DNA of 64,000 bases from a virus (lineage: Duplodnaviria; Caudoviricetes): positions 1-64,000 of the IMG/VR virus record IMGVR_UViG_2775506876_000001; one strand, 5' to 3'. The notes beneath the pieces were generated by a model that was not told the origin of the DNA, did no database searches, and saw nothing but the letters and a program-made list of their open reading frames with translations. A program made the translations under genes and the position numbers. Position 1 is the first letter of the stretch, and every line of letters starts with the position of its first letter. Below are positions 10,817 through 20,971 of the stretch, in pieces.

Positions 10817-11761
10817 ATAAGTTTAGCTTATACATATACTATTTTAAGCATTTATACTTACTTGTACTACTGTAATAGTACAGATATTCTCAATAACTCG
10901 AATATTCTCAATAAGACTACAAAATTTTTTGTAGTTTTTTGTAATAGTTTTTGTAGAAATTACAAACTACAAAAACCTTATGTAGCAAGGATTTTGTAAT
11001 AGTTTTTGTAGATTTTGTAGTTTTGAGCCGGATATAAATCTCTAGAGCTTTGTAGTATGTCTGTAATATAAAAACAGGTAGTTTTGTAGTACAAGAAAAT
11101 CTTATATATCAAGACTTATATGAATATCTAGTTTTCTATGGTCAGAGAAAAATAATTAAAAAATTATGTAGTCCAGGGTATGTAATCAGTAAAAAACCTA
11201 AATAGTTATAAATACTTAAACTAGTACAAATAATCTATTTAATTTGTATTACATATATAAAACATAAAGAAGTATAAGAAAAACTTATATTAATTTATCC
11301 TTTATATAACTAGTACAAATTTATAAGTAAAAATACTTATTTAGATTTTTTATGATTTACTCAGGTTTTTGTTAGTACAACTACCCTGGACTACATAATT
11401 TTTTGATTATTTTTCTCTAGCCAGATTAAATCATAGATTTCTATAAGCCTTTGATAGTACTAGTTTGTATAAATTTTACTAGTACACTTTGATAGTACAC
11501 CTGTACTAGTACACCTGTAGAGATTTATATCCGGCTCAAAACTACAAAATCTACAAAAACTATTACAAAAACCTTGCTACATAAGGTTTTTGTAGTTTGT
11601 AATTTCTACAAAAACTATTACAAAAAACTACAAAATTTTTTGTAGTCTTATTGAGAATATCGAGCTTATTGAGAATATCTGTACTATTACAGTAGTACTT
11701 AATAAGTAAAAATACTCTAGTACAGTTATTTGCAATAAGATGTTTTATTGACAATAGGTAG
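10817..11761. repeat. Nested inverted-repeat element, copy 1 (~945 bp)
   Basis: 181-bp near-perfect outer arms at 10864-11044 and 11518-11698; inner arms at ~11144-11180 and 11382-11418; near-identical to copies 2 and 3. Confidence 0.95.
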
Positions 11762-11867
11762 GTATTTGTCGAGTGTTATTCACATCTGAATTGTAAAGAA
11801 ATGTAAACAAACAGTCATTTGGTTTAAACTAGGTTTATACTAAAAGAATAGTGAACAGCACAGACAC

Positions 11868-12212
11868 ATGAACAACTCAAAAGTTGCCATAAGCTTACGG
11901 TTATCACCGAGATTGCACACAATTGTTAAAAAGATTTCTGAAATTGACCAAAAAAGTATGAATGATGTTGTTTCTGATGCGATTGAAGCTTACGCTAATA
12001 GCCGTGTAATACGTGAAAATATCCAGACAAAAGACCCGGATTATTCTATATCTATTGACAAAGATTTGTCTGGAAATTCAACGTTAACTCTGTATTCACT
12101 TTATGCGGGTTCAAACCACATAGTCTTTAATAATGTTAGTGAAGATAATTTACAGGCTGCAATTGAGCAACTAAACTCTTTAGTTGATTTTTCTCATGAG
12201 CGTTTACTTTAA
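11868..12212 (+). CDS. Ribbon-helix-helix (Arc/HicB-like) DNA-binding protein
   Basis: ISLRLSPRLH..IS..DQKSMNDVVSDAIEAY pattern at the N-terminus. Confidence 0.7.
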   Translation: MNNSKVAISLRLSPRLHTIVKKISEIDQKSMNDVVSDAIEAYANSRVIRENIQTKDPDYSISIDKDLSGNSTLTLYSLYAGSNHIVFNNVSEDNLQAAIEQLNSLVDFSHERLL

Positions 12213-12244
12213 CTCAATGATTGCAAACATAGCAGGTAATTACA

Positions 12245-12517
12245 ATGATTCAACACCCTTTCTCTTGGCATGTAATTAAAACTCATCGTTCAAATGAGCA
12301 AGCATACCAATGTTTTTCCAGACTCAGAGGTCACGATAGTTCTTTATTTTTCGGAACCGATGAAGCAACAAAAGAGAACGCAATAGCTCACAGAGATTAT
12401 CTAAATAGAATAGAAAAATGGGATAAGTATTACACAACAGAAACGGTACAAAGAGTTTCGTTAGAGTATGATGTTTATCCCGAAGAATTTTTAAATGGTC
12501 TAGAAATTGTTGGATAA
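12245..12517 (+). CDS. Hypothetical protein
   Basis: 90 aa ORF with AGGT-type RBS, co-oriented with its neighbours. Confidence 0.6.
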   Translation: MIQHPFSWHVIKTHRSNEQAYQCFSRLRGHDSSLFFGTDEATKENAIAHRDYLNRIEKWDKYYTTETVQRVSLEYDVYPEEFLNGLEIVG

Positions 12518-12907
12518 TTTCTAAAACTTGAACAAATGTTATCCCTGGTCAAAAACAACGAGTAAAAAAAATGAACGTTTGTAAAGCTATTCAATGTCCT
12601 TATTTTAACGCTAAAACTAATAATTACGGATGTCAAAGATATCAAGTTTCAAACCATTGTCATTTGATTAAAGACTTTCAATTTTTAGCACCAACACAGT
12701 ATGTTTTAGTTTGTCAAGAAACGACAGAATTAGATAAAATTAAATCGGTCAACAAAGAATATTTTTTAACTGATGAAAAATATCAGGATGATAAAAAGTT
12801 TTTAGAAACTCATTCTGGTTGGTTTAACGCTCATAGCTTTAAAGTTGGAAATCTGATTTAACCAATTTCTAAAACTTGAATAACTGTTATCCCTGGTCAA
12901 AAACAAC
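12516..12907. repeat. 44-bp direct repeats (12516-12559, 12864-12907)
   Basis: aatttctaaaacttgaaYaaMtgttatccctggtcaaaaacaac, 2 mismatches. Confidence 0.9.
12571..12861 (+). CDS. Hypothetical Cys-rich protein
   Basis: 96 aa, C-x4-C..C..HCH; flanked by 44-bp direct repeats. Confidence 0.6.
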   Translation: MNVCKAIQCPYFNAKTNNYGCQRYQVSNHCHLIKDFQFLAPTQYVLVCQETTELDKIKSVNKEYFLTDEKYQDDKKFLETHSGWFNAHSFKVGNLI

Positions 12908-12959
12908 CAGGGATTTTTTATTGTTACAGATCAAGCTGCAAAACTAGTCTATATTACCC

Positions 12960-13028
12960 TTGACAAATTTAAACTTTTATGCTATAGCAAATAAATTCTA
13001 TATTTTTAAAATTGAAAAGTGACTTTTT
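12960..13028 (+). promoter_or_regulatory. Sigma70-type promoter followed by palindromic operator-like site
   Basis: TTGACA-17 bp-(TGc)TATAGC, then AAAAGTGACTTTTT at 13015-13028; near-identical inverted copy at 30064-30135. Confidence 0.7.
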
Positions 13029-13044
13029 GAATTGCCAGACAAAT

Positions 13045-13073
13045 AAAAAAACCCTAGATTTAAAGTCTAGGGT
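13045..13073. terminator. Intrinsic terminator downstream of the tail tube gene
   Basis: accctagatttaaagtctagggt hairpin with a flanking A-run (U-tail on the minus strand). Confidence 0.65.
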
Positions 13074-13127
13074 AATGTTGTCCATTACTTAGCTACCAAA
13101 TTTTAAAACCAGTTAGCGATTGCTAGA

Positions 13128-13955
13128 TTACGGCAACAAACTAGATTGACCACGTAACACTTTGTAGTTGGTTTCGTTAGGGTCATAAGCTGTGAAAGTT
13201 ATGTTGTACGCTCTTTGGTTTTGAATAGAGAAAGATAGGTTTAATTTACCTTCAACACCTGCATAAGGGAAGATGTACCAGAGTGTTGGATCTGTTGAAG
13301 GATCACCACCGACATAAGGTCTAATTACTACAGTACGATATGGAAGTTCAAGAGATCCGGTTGTTAATCCAGAGTCATCACCCATTGTAATCAACTCTGG
13401 TAAACCACCAGCTAAACCAGCACTACCCTGGTAAGCAGCAGCGTTTGTGGCAACTCGCATCAAGTCAATTCGATCGTCTGCAATTGATACTTGAGCGTTA
13501 GCTGTCATACCAACTTTGGTTTTGTTGAATGGAGCCATAGAAGCTTGAGTTAGGTTATCCTGATACATTTCTTCTATGTTCACCGTTGCAGCTTCTAACT
13601 GGTCAGAAGCTTTAATGACAACGTTCAATGGTGTAAAGGTTAGTGTGACACTTGCACCAGTTGCAGTTGCATTAGCGCTCAAAGTGATGCTGGTACTAGA
13701 ACCTTTAGCAGCAACATAAGTACCTGCGGGAATACCAGTACCAGAAACCGCCATACCTACTTGAACGTTTTGAAAACCGTTGGCGGTACTTGTAGTTACT
13801 GCTGTACTTCCTGAAGTTGTAGAACAAGCAGCAACTGTAAAATCTGCTGTATTTTGATAAGTTGTTACCAGGGTTGTAGCTAACCCTTTAAGTTCAGTAA
13901 GTGTTAAGGCTGGTGTGATAATTGTAAATTCGGCTGGCCCACGAAGTTTAGCCAT
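13128..13955 (-). CDS. Major tail tube protein with an inserted beta-rich accessory domain
   Basis: 275 aa, downstream of the head-tail completion genes; tube-like C-terminus (LNLSFS..YNITFTAY). Confidence 0.7.
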   Translation of the reverse strand: MAKLRGPAEFTIITPALTLTELKGLATTLVTTYQNTADFTVAACSTTSGSTAVTTSTANGFQNVQVGMAVSGTGIPAGTYVAAKGSSTSITLSANATATGASVTLTFTPLNVVIKASDQLEAATVNIEEMYQDNLTQASMAPFNKTKVGMTANAQVSIADDRIDLMRVATNAAAYQGSAGLAGGLPELITMGDDSGLTTGSLELPYRTVVIRPYVGGDPSTDPTLWYIFPYAGVEGKLNLSFSIQNQRAYNITFTAYDPNETNYKVLRGQSSLLP

Positions 13956-13976
13956 TAATTTTAAATCCTCTTAATA

Positions 13977-14360
13977 TTAATAGAATCTGTAAACGAAATA
14001 ACCACAGTAACTCATAACTTCTTGTACATAACCTAAATAAAAATCCTTGATTTTGTTGAAATTTGTAGATGTTCTAAAAGTGTTCATCAATGTTTCAACA
14101 CGTTCAAGGATTCCATTGGGTTTTGTAAGTTGAAGTTCTTTTTGTGTGTAAATAGTTATTTGTATCTCTGGGTTTTTTATTTCATTTGAAATATATCTAC
14201 CAGATGCATTATCACGAATAATACTCACAACTATTTTAGGTAGATTAAAGTTGCTTAAATTCCCTGATGGATGTTCAGGTAATATCTCTGCAATACCGTT
14301 TAAGTTTGCAGTCAAATAATCAAAAATTTCTTTTCTTATTTGGAAACCTGAAGTCATCAA
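13977..14360 (-). CDS. Putative tail terminator/completion protein
   Basis: 127 aa, lies between the gp10-like and tail tube genes. Confidence 0.5.
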   Translation of the reverse strand: MMTSGFQIRKEIFDYLTANLNGIAEILPEHPSGNLSNFNLPKIVVSIIRDNASGRYISNEIKNPEIQITIYTQKELQLTKPNGILERVETLMNTFRTSTNFNKIKDFYLGYVQEVMSYCGYFVYRFY

Positions 14361-14441
14361 AGTTATCAGAGAATATAATACTTTCTAACCTAAAAGTATT
14401 ATATCATAAGTAAAATTAATGTAATAAGTAAAACTTATAAT

Positions 14442-14771
14442 TTATTGAAATTCTGATAAAATTTCTGAACGTATTTGTGGTACTGAAGATCTGACAAAAC
14501 CTGTTTTAGCTTCGACATAAACAGCGTAATTTACAGCCCGTTTAATGTTCTGTTCGCGTTTGATACCGTAAAGAGTTTTACCACCTAAACGGATTTTACA
14601 GCAGACATTGTTACCCTGGATAACAGGTTTTTCAGCTTCAATACTTTCAAAAAGTCGCTGAGTGTCTACAGGTGTAACATTCCTGATAATTTCAACAGAA
14701 CGACCAGAACCTCTGTGGATTTTTTCAGCAACTTGTTGTTTAATTTTTTCAATCTGACTTTGAATGTTCAT
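14442..14771 (-). CDS. HK97 gp10-like tail completion protein
   Basis: TPVDTQRLFESI and VNYAVYVE motifs. Confidence 0.75.
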   Translation of the reverse strand: MNIQSQIEKIKQQVAEKIHRGSGRSVEIIRNVTPVDTQRLFESIEAEKPVIQGNNVCCKIRLGGKTLYGIKREQNIKRAVNYAVYVEAKTGFVRSSVPQIRSEILSEFQ

Positions 14772-15124
14772 GACCAGTCATTAGGACTATAAGATTTTTT
14801 AGGAATCATAGAACCTTTAAAAGTTTGCCCAAAGATTTTTTCTAATTCTTTAAATCTGGTTCTATGAACGTTTTGGAAAATAAAATCACCTTGAACATTG
14901 TTATCGATAGTGATGATTGTTTTAGTACCGTTTTGAATTTCACTAGGTAACAGCCAATATTCAACCTGATTAGAATTGACTACATTACCAACAAAAAAGT
15001 TTCTTTCATTTTCAATACCTGTAGCTTCAAAAGTTCTAGTATTTTGATCAAGTTTTATAGATACTTCTATAATCAATTGATTGATTTGAATTACTGCGTT
15101 AGTTTCGTAAAATGTTCTAGGCAT
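14768..15124 (-). CDS. Putative head-closure protein
   Basis: 118 aa beta-rich, ATGA overlap with the gp10-like gene; call rests on synteny only. Confidence 0.4.
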   Translation of the reverse strand: MPRTFYETNAVIQINQLIIEVSIKLDQNTRTFEATGIENERNFFVGNVVNSNQVEYWLLPSEIQNGTKTIITIDNNVQGDFIFQNVHRTRFKELEKIFGQTFKGSMIPKKSYSPNDWS

Positions 15125-15148
15125 AAATAATAAATTAATAAAATATTT

Positions 15149-16576
15149 TTAAGTACCCATCAAATTTTTAACACCCTTGTTAACTTGAGTAAATGCAAGT
15201 GATAGAGCATCACCAGTATCACTGATTAACGGAACACCTGGAACACCTTCAAATTGATTAATAACTTTTAGAAAATCATCTGACCAGGGTTCATTTACTA
15301 TGTAAAATTTACCTTTTTCAGCAGCTTCTGCACAGGGTAACGCTCTAATAGCCTTAGAACCTTCAGGTTTTACACCACGTACCCGATAAGCTTTTAACAA
15401 TGGTTTAAAACTGTTCTCTAGCCATAGAATGCTTTGTGAACCACCTTCAAGTTCTATAAATACTGGTACTGATTTAGGTTGTTTTTCAACAGTTGAAATT
15501 ACGTAATTCTGAGTTGAATGTGCATCTTTCTTGCATGGATACCAATTTAAAATGTAAAAATTTTCTTTATATTTCCCGATTAATACACCAACCGTGTAGC
15601 AACTAGTATCTTTGTCAGTTGCGGCAAAGTCCCAAGCTATTACTTGATAATCAAAATATTTTGGTAAATCGTTCTGAGAAATTTTCTTAAACCATGAAGC
15701 TTTGAAAATACTGTTGGCATTTGAAACTGCTGGGATAGTGTCTAATTCTTCTGATGCTCCATCACCATACTGCTCATAAATTTCTGATACCCATTTATTT
15801 TCATTTTCTTTAGTCCAGGGTTGTCCACTTGTTAAACAAATACGTTGATACAAACCCTGGTTAACAGCATCTTTAAAAGTGTTTTTCTGCTTATAATATT
15901 TTTCTTCACCTTTGTTTACAGCTTCGCAAAGTTCATTAAAAGGATTATCAATACCATTATGAGTTGATACTATAAAAACCTTACAACCCCAAATGAGCAT
16001 TGATTTTACAGCTTTCAAAAACTCTAAAGGATTTGTGAGGAACGAAAATTCATCGCATAGAACATTTCCTTGTAAACCTCTGATAGAACTAGGTTTACTA
16101 GATAATGCCATCACTTTTTTATTAGACTTAAAATTAATTCTTAAACTTAAAATAGAGTCTTTTTCTGACTCGTATAAATCTTCTTTGATTTCACTAGCAG
16201 CTAATTGAAAATGTTTAACCCAATAGCTACAACTTTCTAAAAACTCTTTAGCCATTGACAAGCTAGTGCCAATATAATAAAAATTTTTACCGTTTTGTTT
16301 AGCAGCCGTTAAAACAGCATAAGCAGCTAACGCCCAGGTTGCCCCGATTCTTCTAGATTTTTCCCAAATTAATATTTTATTTTCTGGATTTTCGGCAGCT
16401 TTGTAAAATTGTTGTTGATAGGGAAAAAGTATCGGTGGTAATTCACGGAATAATTTATTATCTTCGGGTAAACAATCGGAAACTTCCCTAGATATTTTAT
16501 CGATGTTATCCAGGGAAGTTTTATTGATATTCAGAACCGTTTTAGGTTTGATTTTTGTTTCTAAGATAATTTTCAT
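15149..16576 (-). CDS. Terminase large subunit
   Basis: LFPYQQ Q-motif, EKSRRIGATW Walker A, VLCDE Walker B, VST motif III, AWDFA RNase H-like nuclease domain. Confidence 0.92.
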   Translation of the reverse strand: MKIILETKIKPKTVLNINKTSLDNIDKISREVSDCLPEDNKLFRELPPILFPYQQQFYKAAENPENKILIWEKSRRIGATWALAAYAVLTAAKQNGKNFYYIGTSLSMAKEFLESCSYWVKHFQLAASEIKEDLYESEKDSILSLRINFKSNKKVMALSSKPSSIRGLQGNVLCDEFSFLTNPLEFLKAVKSMLIWGCKVFIVSTHNGIDNPFNELCEAVNKGEEKYYKQKNTFKDAVNQGLYQRICLTSGQPWTKENENKWVSEIYEQYGDGASEELDTIPAVSNANSIFKASWFKKISQNDLPKYFDYQVIAWDFAATDKDTSCYTVGVLIGKYKENFYILNWYPCKKDAHSTQNYVISTVEKQPKSVPVFIELEGGSQSILWLENSFKPLLKAYRVRGVKPEGSKAIRALPCAEAAEKGKFYIVNEPWSDDFLKVINQFEGVPGVPLISDTGDALSLAFTQVNKGVKNLMGT

Positions 16577-16579
16577 TAT

Positions 16580-16978
16580 TTAGGCATTATCAATTCCTAA
16601 TAATTTACTTTTTATTTCAAAGATCGCTTCAGCGCTCAAACCACCACTAGCTTTCTCGGATTCTTTTTCGTTAACAACTGCCGGATTAATTACGATATAT
16701 CCTGCTCTAGTTAACTTCTCTATAGCAGCTTGATCAGTCATAGAATTAGCAACAAGTTGTAGAACCCAATTAGGTGTTGGATTTAATGTAGTTTGCTTAT
16801 CAATATTGGTGCTTCTAGTAACTTCTACAGGAATTTCATGACCATCTTCATCGTATAAAGATTTTACAGATTTTTTCTGGCTGGTTTTAACAGTTTGGGT
16901 AGTTTCACCTTGTTCTAGTAGCGTTTTAACTCTGTCTAAAAATAATTCTTCAATCTCTGGTGTAATTTTGATAAACAT
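16580..16978 (-). CDS. Putative terminase small subunit
   Basis: 132 aa directly upstream of TerL; GGLSAEAIFEIKSKLLG C-terminus. Confidence 0.55.
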   Translation of the reverse strand: MFIKITPEIEELFLDRVKTLLEQGETTQTVKTSQKKSVKSLYDEDGHEIPVEVTRSTNIDKQTTLNPTPNWVLQLVANSMTDQAAIEKLTRAGYIVINPAVVNEKESEKASGGLSAEAIFEIKSKLLGIDNA

Positions 16979-17033
16979 AATATCTTAAATTCACTAGTAT
17001 AATATAAATAACTATAACTTAATATTATAATTC

Positions 17034-17387
17034 ATGTTCAATAATCTATCGACAGCATTAGAAACTGTTAAAAGATATCTTCAAATTGATGATTTAGATA
17101 GTACCGAAGATATTTTCTTAACAACATTACTCGAAAATAGCACCGGAACTAATCGAGAAACTAACCAAAAAGAATATAGACCTTTTTATGTTTGTGCCAA
17201 ATTTAGAAAATTTAAACCAGCTAATAATGGTGTTATTGAAATGTCAGGTACTGATACTGTTAAATTTCAAGATCCTGAGTTAGTTATCCAGGGTTTTATC
17301 GAAATGCAACAAGAGCTAGATAAAGCCTTGATTAATATTAAAACTAATATTGATACTAGCCATAGATTCAGCGTTTTTGTTGTCTAG
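17034..17387 (+). CDS. Putative head-tail adaptor
   Basis: LETVKRYLQID..ED.FLTTLL resembles gp6-like connectors. Confidence 0.5.
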   Translation: MFNNLSTALETVKRYLQIDDLDSTEDIFLTTLLENSTGTNRETNQKEYRPFYVCAKFRKFKPANNGVIEMSGTDTVKFQDPELVIQGFIEMQQELDKALINIKTNIDTSHRFSVFVV

Positions 17388-17425
17388 AGTAAAAAGTGAC
17401 TTTTTAGAATTTAAATTTTACAAAT

Positions 17426-18871
17426 ATGGTTTTAACTTTAAAAAATGATTCCAGATATCTTTTATCAATGTTCAGTAGCCTATATGCTGAAAAACTTAAC
17501 AGCAATACTACTGTTGATGTAAATATCTCTAGTCCTAGTTTATCCAGGCAAGAGCTTAATAATTTATCTAGGACAAACGGGATAATTAAACGTGCTATTT
17601 ACGAATATCCTAAATCAGCATCAAATTCTTGGATAGATTTAAATTTCAGCAAAGAAACTAATCTAAAAAACCAGGATGTTTTAGATTATTTAATGCGTAT
17701 TCCATACTATACAAATCTCCAAAAAGCTGTTCATGGTTATGGTGCTAGAAATGCTTTTAAGTATGCCTCTGGACTAGCGCGTAAACTTGGCAGCGCTTTT
17801 ATAGTTCTTGGGATAGCTGATGGCAACGATTTATCAGAACCTGTTAATTTAAACAATATTCAGTCAATAGACTGGATGTTTGTTTATGATTGCTATGACT
17901 TAACTAGAACAGTCATTAATGATCAAGAATTTTTTCAATTATCAAATGATGCTAATCAGTTAATACATCCTAATAGAGTTCTAAACTTTTATGGTAATAA
18001 GTTAGACACTGAAATCGAGTATGTAAACTCAAATTACAGACATGATTCAGTAATTAATTTGATGTTTGAAGCTTTCAGCAACTGGGTTACAGGTTCTAAA
18101 GCAATCTATGAAATGCTTTTGACTGGTAATATGTACACTTTTGGCATCGAAGATTTATCAGAGGATGTTAAACGTGATATTGACCAGGGTACAACCGAAT
18201 ATCAAGATTACATGCGATCGCGTGCTGAATCTGTAAAAACTGGGATGTCTGCAACTAACTTGTTGATTTATGACAAGATGCATGAATTAGTTGAAAATAT
18301 ATCTAGAAATTTTTCAGGAACCAAAGAAAGCTTTGAAGCGTTGCAAGATACTCTGGCTTCTGTTGTTGATATGCCACGCTGGAAACTTTACAACGAATTT
18401 GGTACGGCAGGGTTAGCAGCGTCTGTTGAATCAGCGAGAATTTTACAATTTAATTGGGCTATTTCAGTACAAGATTGGCAGATAGAAAACTGGCTAGAAC
18501 CTGTTTACAAGTTATGTCAGTTTTGCATGTCTGCTAAAAATTTATATGGTTCAATTGTTGATAACTTTGGTGAAAACTCAATAATATTTCCAATTCAATT
18601 GAAGCTTACAAAGCTTGAAGAAATTGAATTGGAAAACTTGGCTATGGATAGAAACCAAAAGTTACTTTTAATGGGTGCTATCAGTCCTGATGAAGTCCGA
18701 AAACAGTATGAAAACTCAGTTTTTAATCCTAATATTACCCTGGATAACAATCTATACAAAGCATATCAGAACAAAAAAGAACAAGAACAGAAAATGATTT
18801 TAAACCAAAACAATTTAAATAATAAAGATAATTCAGGAAATAACAAAAATGATAAAAACTCTAGTAAATAA
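17426..18871 (+). CDS. Portal protein (DUF1073-like)
   Basis: 481 aa; ARKLGSAFIVLG, DLSEPVN, IHPNRVL, DMPRWKL, GAISPDEVR. Confidence 0.85.
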   Translation: MVLTLKNDSRYLLSMFSSLYAEKLNSNTTVDVNISSPSLSRQELNNLSRTNGIIKRAIYEYPKSASNSWIDLNFSKETNLKNQDVLDYLMRIPYYTNLQKAVHGYGARNAFKYASGLARKLGSAFIVLGIADGNDLSEPVNLNNIQSIDWMFVYDCYDLTRTVINDQEFFQLSNDANQLIHPNRVLNFYGNKLDTEIEYVNSNYRHDSVINLMFEAFSNWVTGSKAIYEMLLTGNMYTFGIEDLSEDVKRDIDQGTTEYQDYMRSRAESVKTGMSATNLLIYDKMHELVENISRNFSGTKESFEALQDTLASVVDMPRWKLYNEFGTAGLAASVESARILQFNWAISVQDWQIENWLEPVYKLCQFCMSAKNLYGSIVDNFGENSIIFPIQLKLTKLEEIELENLAMDRNQKLLLMGAISPDEVRKQYENSVFNPNITLDNNLYKAYQNKKEQEQKMILNQNNLNNKDNSGNNKNDKNSSK

Positions 18872-19040
18872 AGTTGTAACTTTACCAGCCTATGAAGTCT
18901 GTTTACAAATCGAAAGTTACAATAAAGAAACTGATTGTTATTTACTTCACGACTTTCATTATCGCTACAAAACATTGACGATATCTAGACATTATTTAAT
19001 ATCTTTGCTTGATTCTGGATTATCTAAAATATTGACTTAA
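18849..19040 (+). CDS. Hypothetical protein
   Basis: 63 aa ORF overlapping the end of the portal gene. Confidence 0.4.
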   Translation: MIKTLVNKVVTLPAYEVCLQIESYNKETDCYLLHDFHYRYKTLTISRHYLISLLDSGLSKILT

Positions 19041-19133
19041 AATTATTTTCTTGACATATTGTAAAAAATATAATATATGCTATAGTATTATAAGTTAAAC
19101 TAATACTATAGCAAATCTGTATTAAGTTAAATA

Positions 19134-20357
19134 ATGAAGCTTTTCAGGATAGATTCAAATAACAAAAAACTGGAATGGCAAAAACTTGATAATGGTTCGT
19201 ACAAAGCCTATGTGACACTAGGTATTGCAGATTTACCATTAGAGTACCAAGACATTTCTGGTAACAAGTATATTGAAACTATTACTGAAAATGAATTATT
19301 TAACGATGATAGTTTGCTAACTGCTCACGGTTTACCAATAACTTTTAACCATCCTAAATTTGGCATATATAACCAAAACGCCGAAAATATTTTAGTTGGT
19401 TCTACCCTGGAAACTTATTTAAGACAAGACAAAGCTTTATTGATGCCAGCAATTATTACTGATAAAAGAGCGATCGCTCTAATCGATAATGTGTTGGAAA
19501 ACAATCAAAATATCTTTGTTGAATTAAGTCCAGGGTATTGGTTAAAGGATAAACAGTTTAACAAAGATTCAAATGTTTGGGAGCAAATTAACCGAACTTA
19601 CGATCATTTAGCTTTGTTGAACCCTGGTGAAGGTAGAGGCGGTCAAAAAATTATTTTAAGAACAGATTCAAATATTTCTTTGTGTACCAGTCTAGTTACT
19701 GAAAACACTATTGAAAGTTACGAATCTGATTATGGTATCCAAACTATTGAAACGGAAATTGCAACAATGACAACTCGGAAGATCTCTTATCAAGAAAAAG
19801 ATTATGAAGTTCCAGTACTTCAGCAAGATGGAAAAGATTACGTAGCTTTTTCAGAAGTTCAAGCACTGTTAACAGATTCAAATCTAAGGATTGATTCTAA
19901 ACAGAAAAATTTGAAATCTGAAATCGATTCAGCTAACGGTAAACTAGCAGCTTTACAAATTCAATTAGATTCTAAAGCTGAAATGATCACTTTAGATCAA
20001 GCATCTGGAATCATTTCTGAATCAATCGAACTTTGGCAAAAAGTCGAACCAATTTTTAAAGCTGATTCTAAAGATTTCAAACCTGATTACAGTCTAAATC
20101 CTACACAAATCAAAGAACTTTATATCAAAAAGTTCCATCCCTCTATTAATTTAGATAATCAATCAGCCGTATTTGTTGATGGTGTTTGGTCTGGCATTAG
20201 TCCAGGGATTGTAAATCAAGTTAAAGATAATGCTTCTAACAAAGTTCAAGCACAACTTGACTCTTTGAAATCTGCTAACACTGTCCAAACAGATTCGGCC
20301 GATGATGAAATTGAAAAAGCTTATAGAGAACTAGAATCGCGCGTAAGTTCTAAATAG
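19134..20357 (+). CDS. Prohead protease/scaffold (DUF2213-like)
   Basis: PITFNHP, ELSPGY, YDHLALL..GRGG; coiled-coil C-terminus. Confidence 0.82.
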   Translation: MKLFRIDSNNKKLEWQKLDNGSYKAYVTLGIADLPLEYQDISGNKYIETITENELFNDDSLLTAHGLPITFNHPKFGIYNQNAENILVGSTLETYLRQDKALLMPAIITDKRAIALIDNVLENNQNIFVELSPGYWLKDKQFNKDSNVWEQINRTYDHLALLNPGEGRGGQKIILRTDSNISLCTSLVTENTIESYESDYGIQTIETEIATMTTRKISYQEKDYEVPVLQQDGKDYVAFSEVQALLTDSNLRIDSKQKNLKSEIDSANGKLAALQIQLDSKAEMITLDQASGIISESIELWQKVEPIFKADSKDFKPDYSLNPTQIKELYIKKFHPSINLDNQSAVFVDGVWSGISPGIVNQVKDNASNKVQAQLDSLKSANTVQTDSADDEIEKAYRELESRVSSK

Positions 20358-20402
20358 TTTCAAAAATAAAAAGTCACTTTTCAAAATTCAAGGTAAACAG
20401 AA

Positions 20403-20912
20403 ATGCCAATCGGACAAACTAGCGTAAAGTATACGCAAGATTTTGCATTATTTGAAGGACAGGTACTCTCTAACCCTGGTGTAAATGTTGTTAGAGAACG
20501 TTATAACCTTTCTGGTGCTGTTATTCCTTTCGGTCGTGCTGTAGTTGTCGGTGGTACTAAAAATGCTGTAATTCTTCCTAATACTACAGGATTAACACCA
20601 GTTGGTTTAACAATCATCAATCAATATCATTCAAGTCCCGATCTTGGTGATAATACATCAATTATTGGATATCCTGATAAATCCCTGGTTAGTATTGTTA
20701 CTCGTGGTGGTGTAGATGTTGTAGTTTATTCTGCAACCGCTACAGATATTGATGATCCTGTGTTTTTTAGACATGCTAACGGAACGGGTTTAGCTGGTTT
20801 TGGTACATTCAGAAACTCTACAGCAACCGATTATACAGCTTGGACTGCTGCAAGATTTGTTAAAAAAACCAGTGGTGCTGGTTTAAGTGTTATCAATATC
20901 GGTGGTTTCTAA
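20403..20912 (+). CDS. Head decoration/cement protein
   Basis: IPFGRAVV motif; lies between scaffold and capsid genes. Confidence 0.7.
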   Translation: MPIGQTSVKYTQDFALFEGQVLSNPGVNVVRERYNLSGAVIPFGRAVVVGGTKNAVILPNTTGLTPVGLTIINQYHSSPDLGDNTSIIGYPDKSLVSIVTRGGVDVVVYSATATDIDDPVFFRHANGTGLAGFGTFRNSTATDYTAWTAARFVKKTSGAGLSVINIGGF

Positions 20913-20971
20913 AATTCTAGAAACCTTTTAGTATTTTGCAAACCATAATCAGATAATCAGAACAAAATAAT

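Noticed and set aside
10778-11754. ORF family YYCNSTDILN..QKPYVARIL (10778..10999, 11563..11754, 30703..30939, 31503..31688, 63379..63564)
   Set aside because: These are translations of the inverted-repeat arms, with inconsistent starts, no clear RBS and low-complexity repeat DNA. Treated as non-coding, although a small peptide is not strictly excluded.
17426-18871. Possible anti-CBASS (Acb1) label often attached to DUF1073 proteins
   Set aside because: Size, motifs and position indicate a portal; no 2H phosphoesterase HxT/S motif pair recognised
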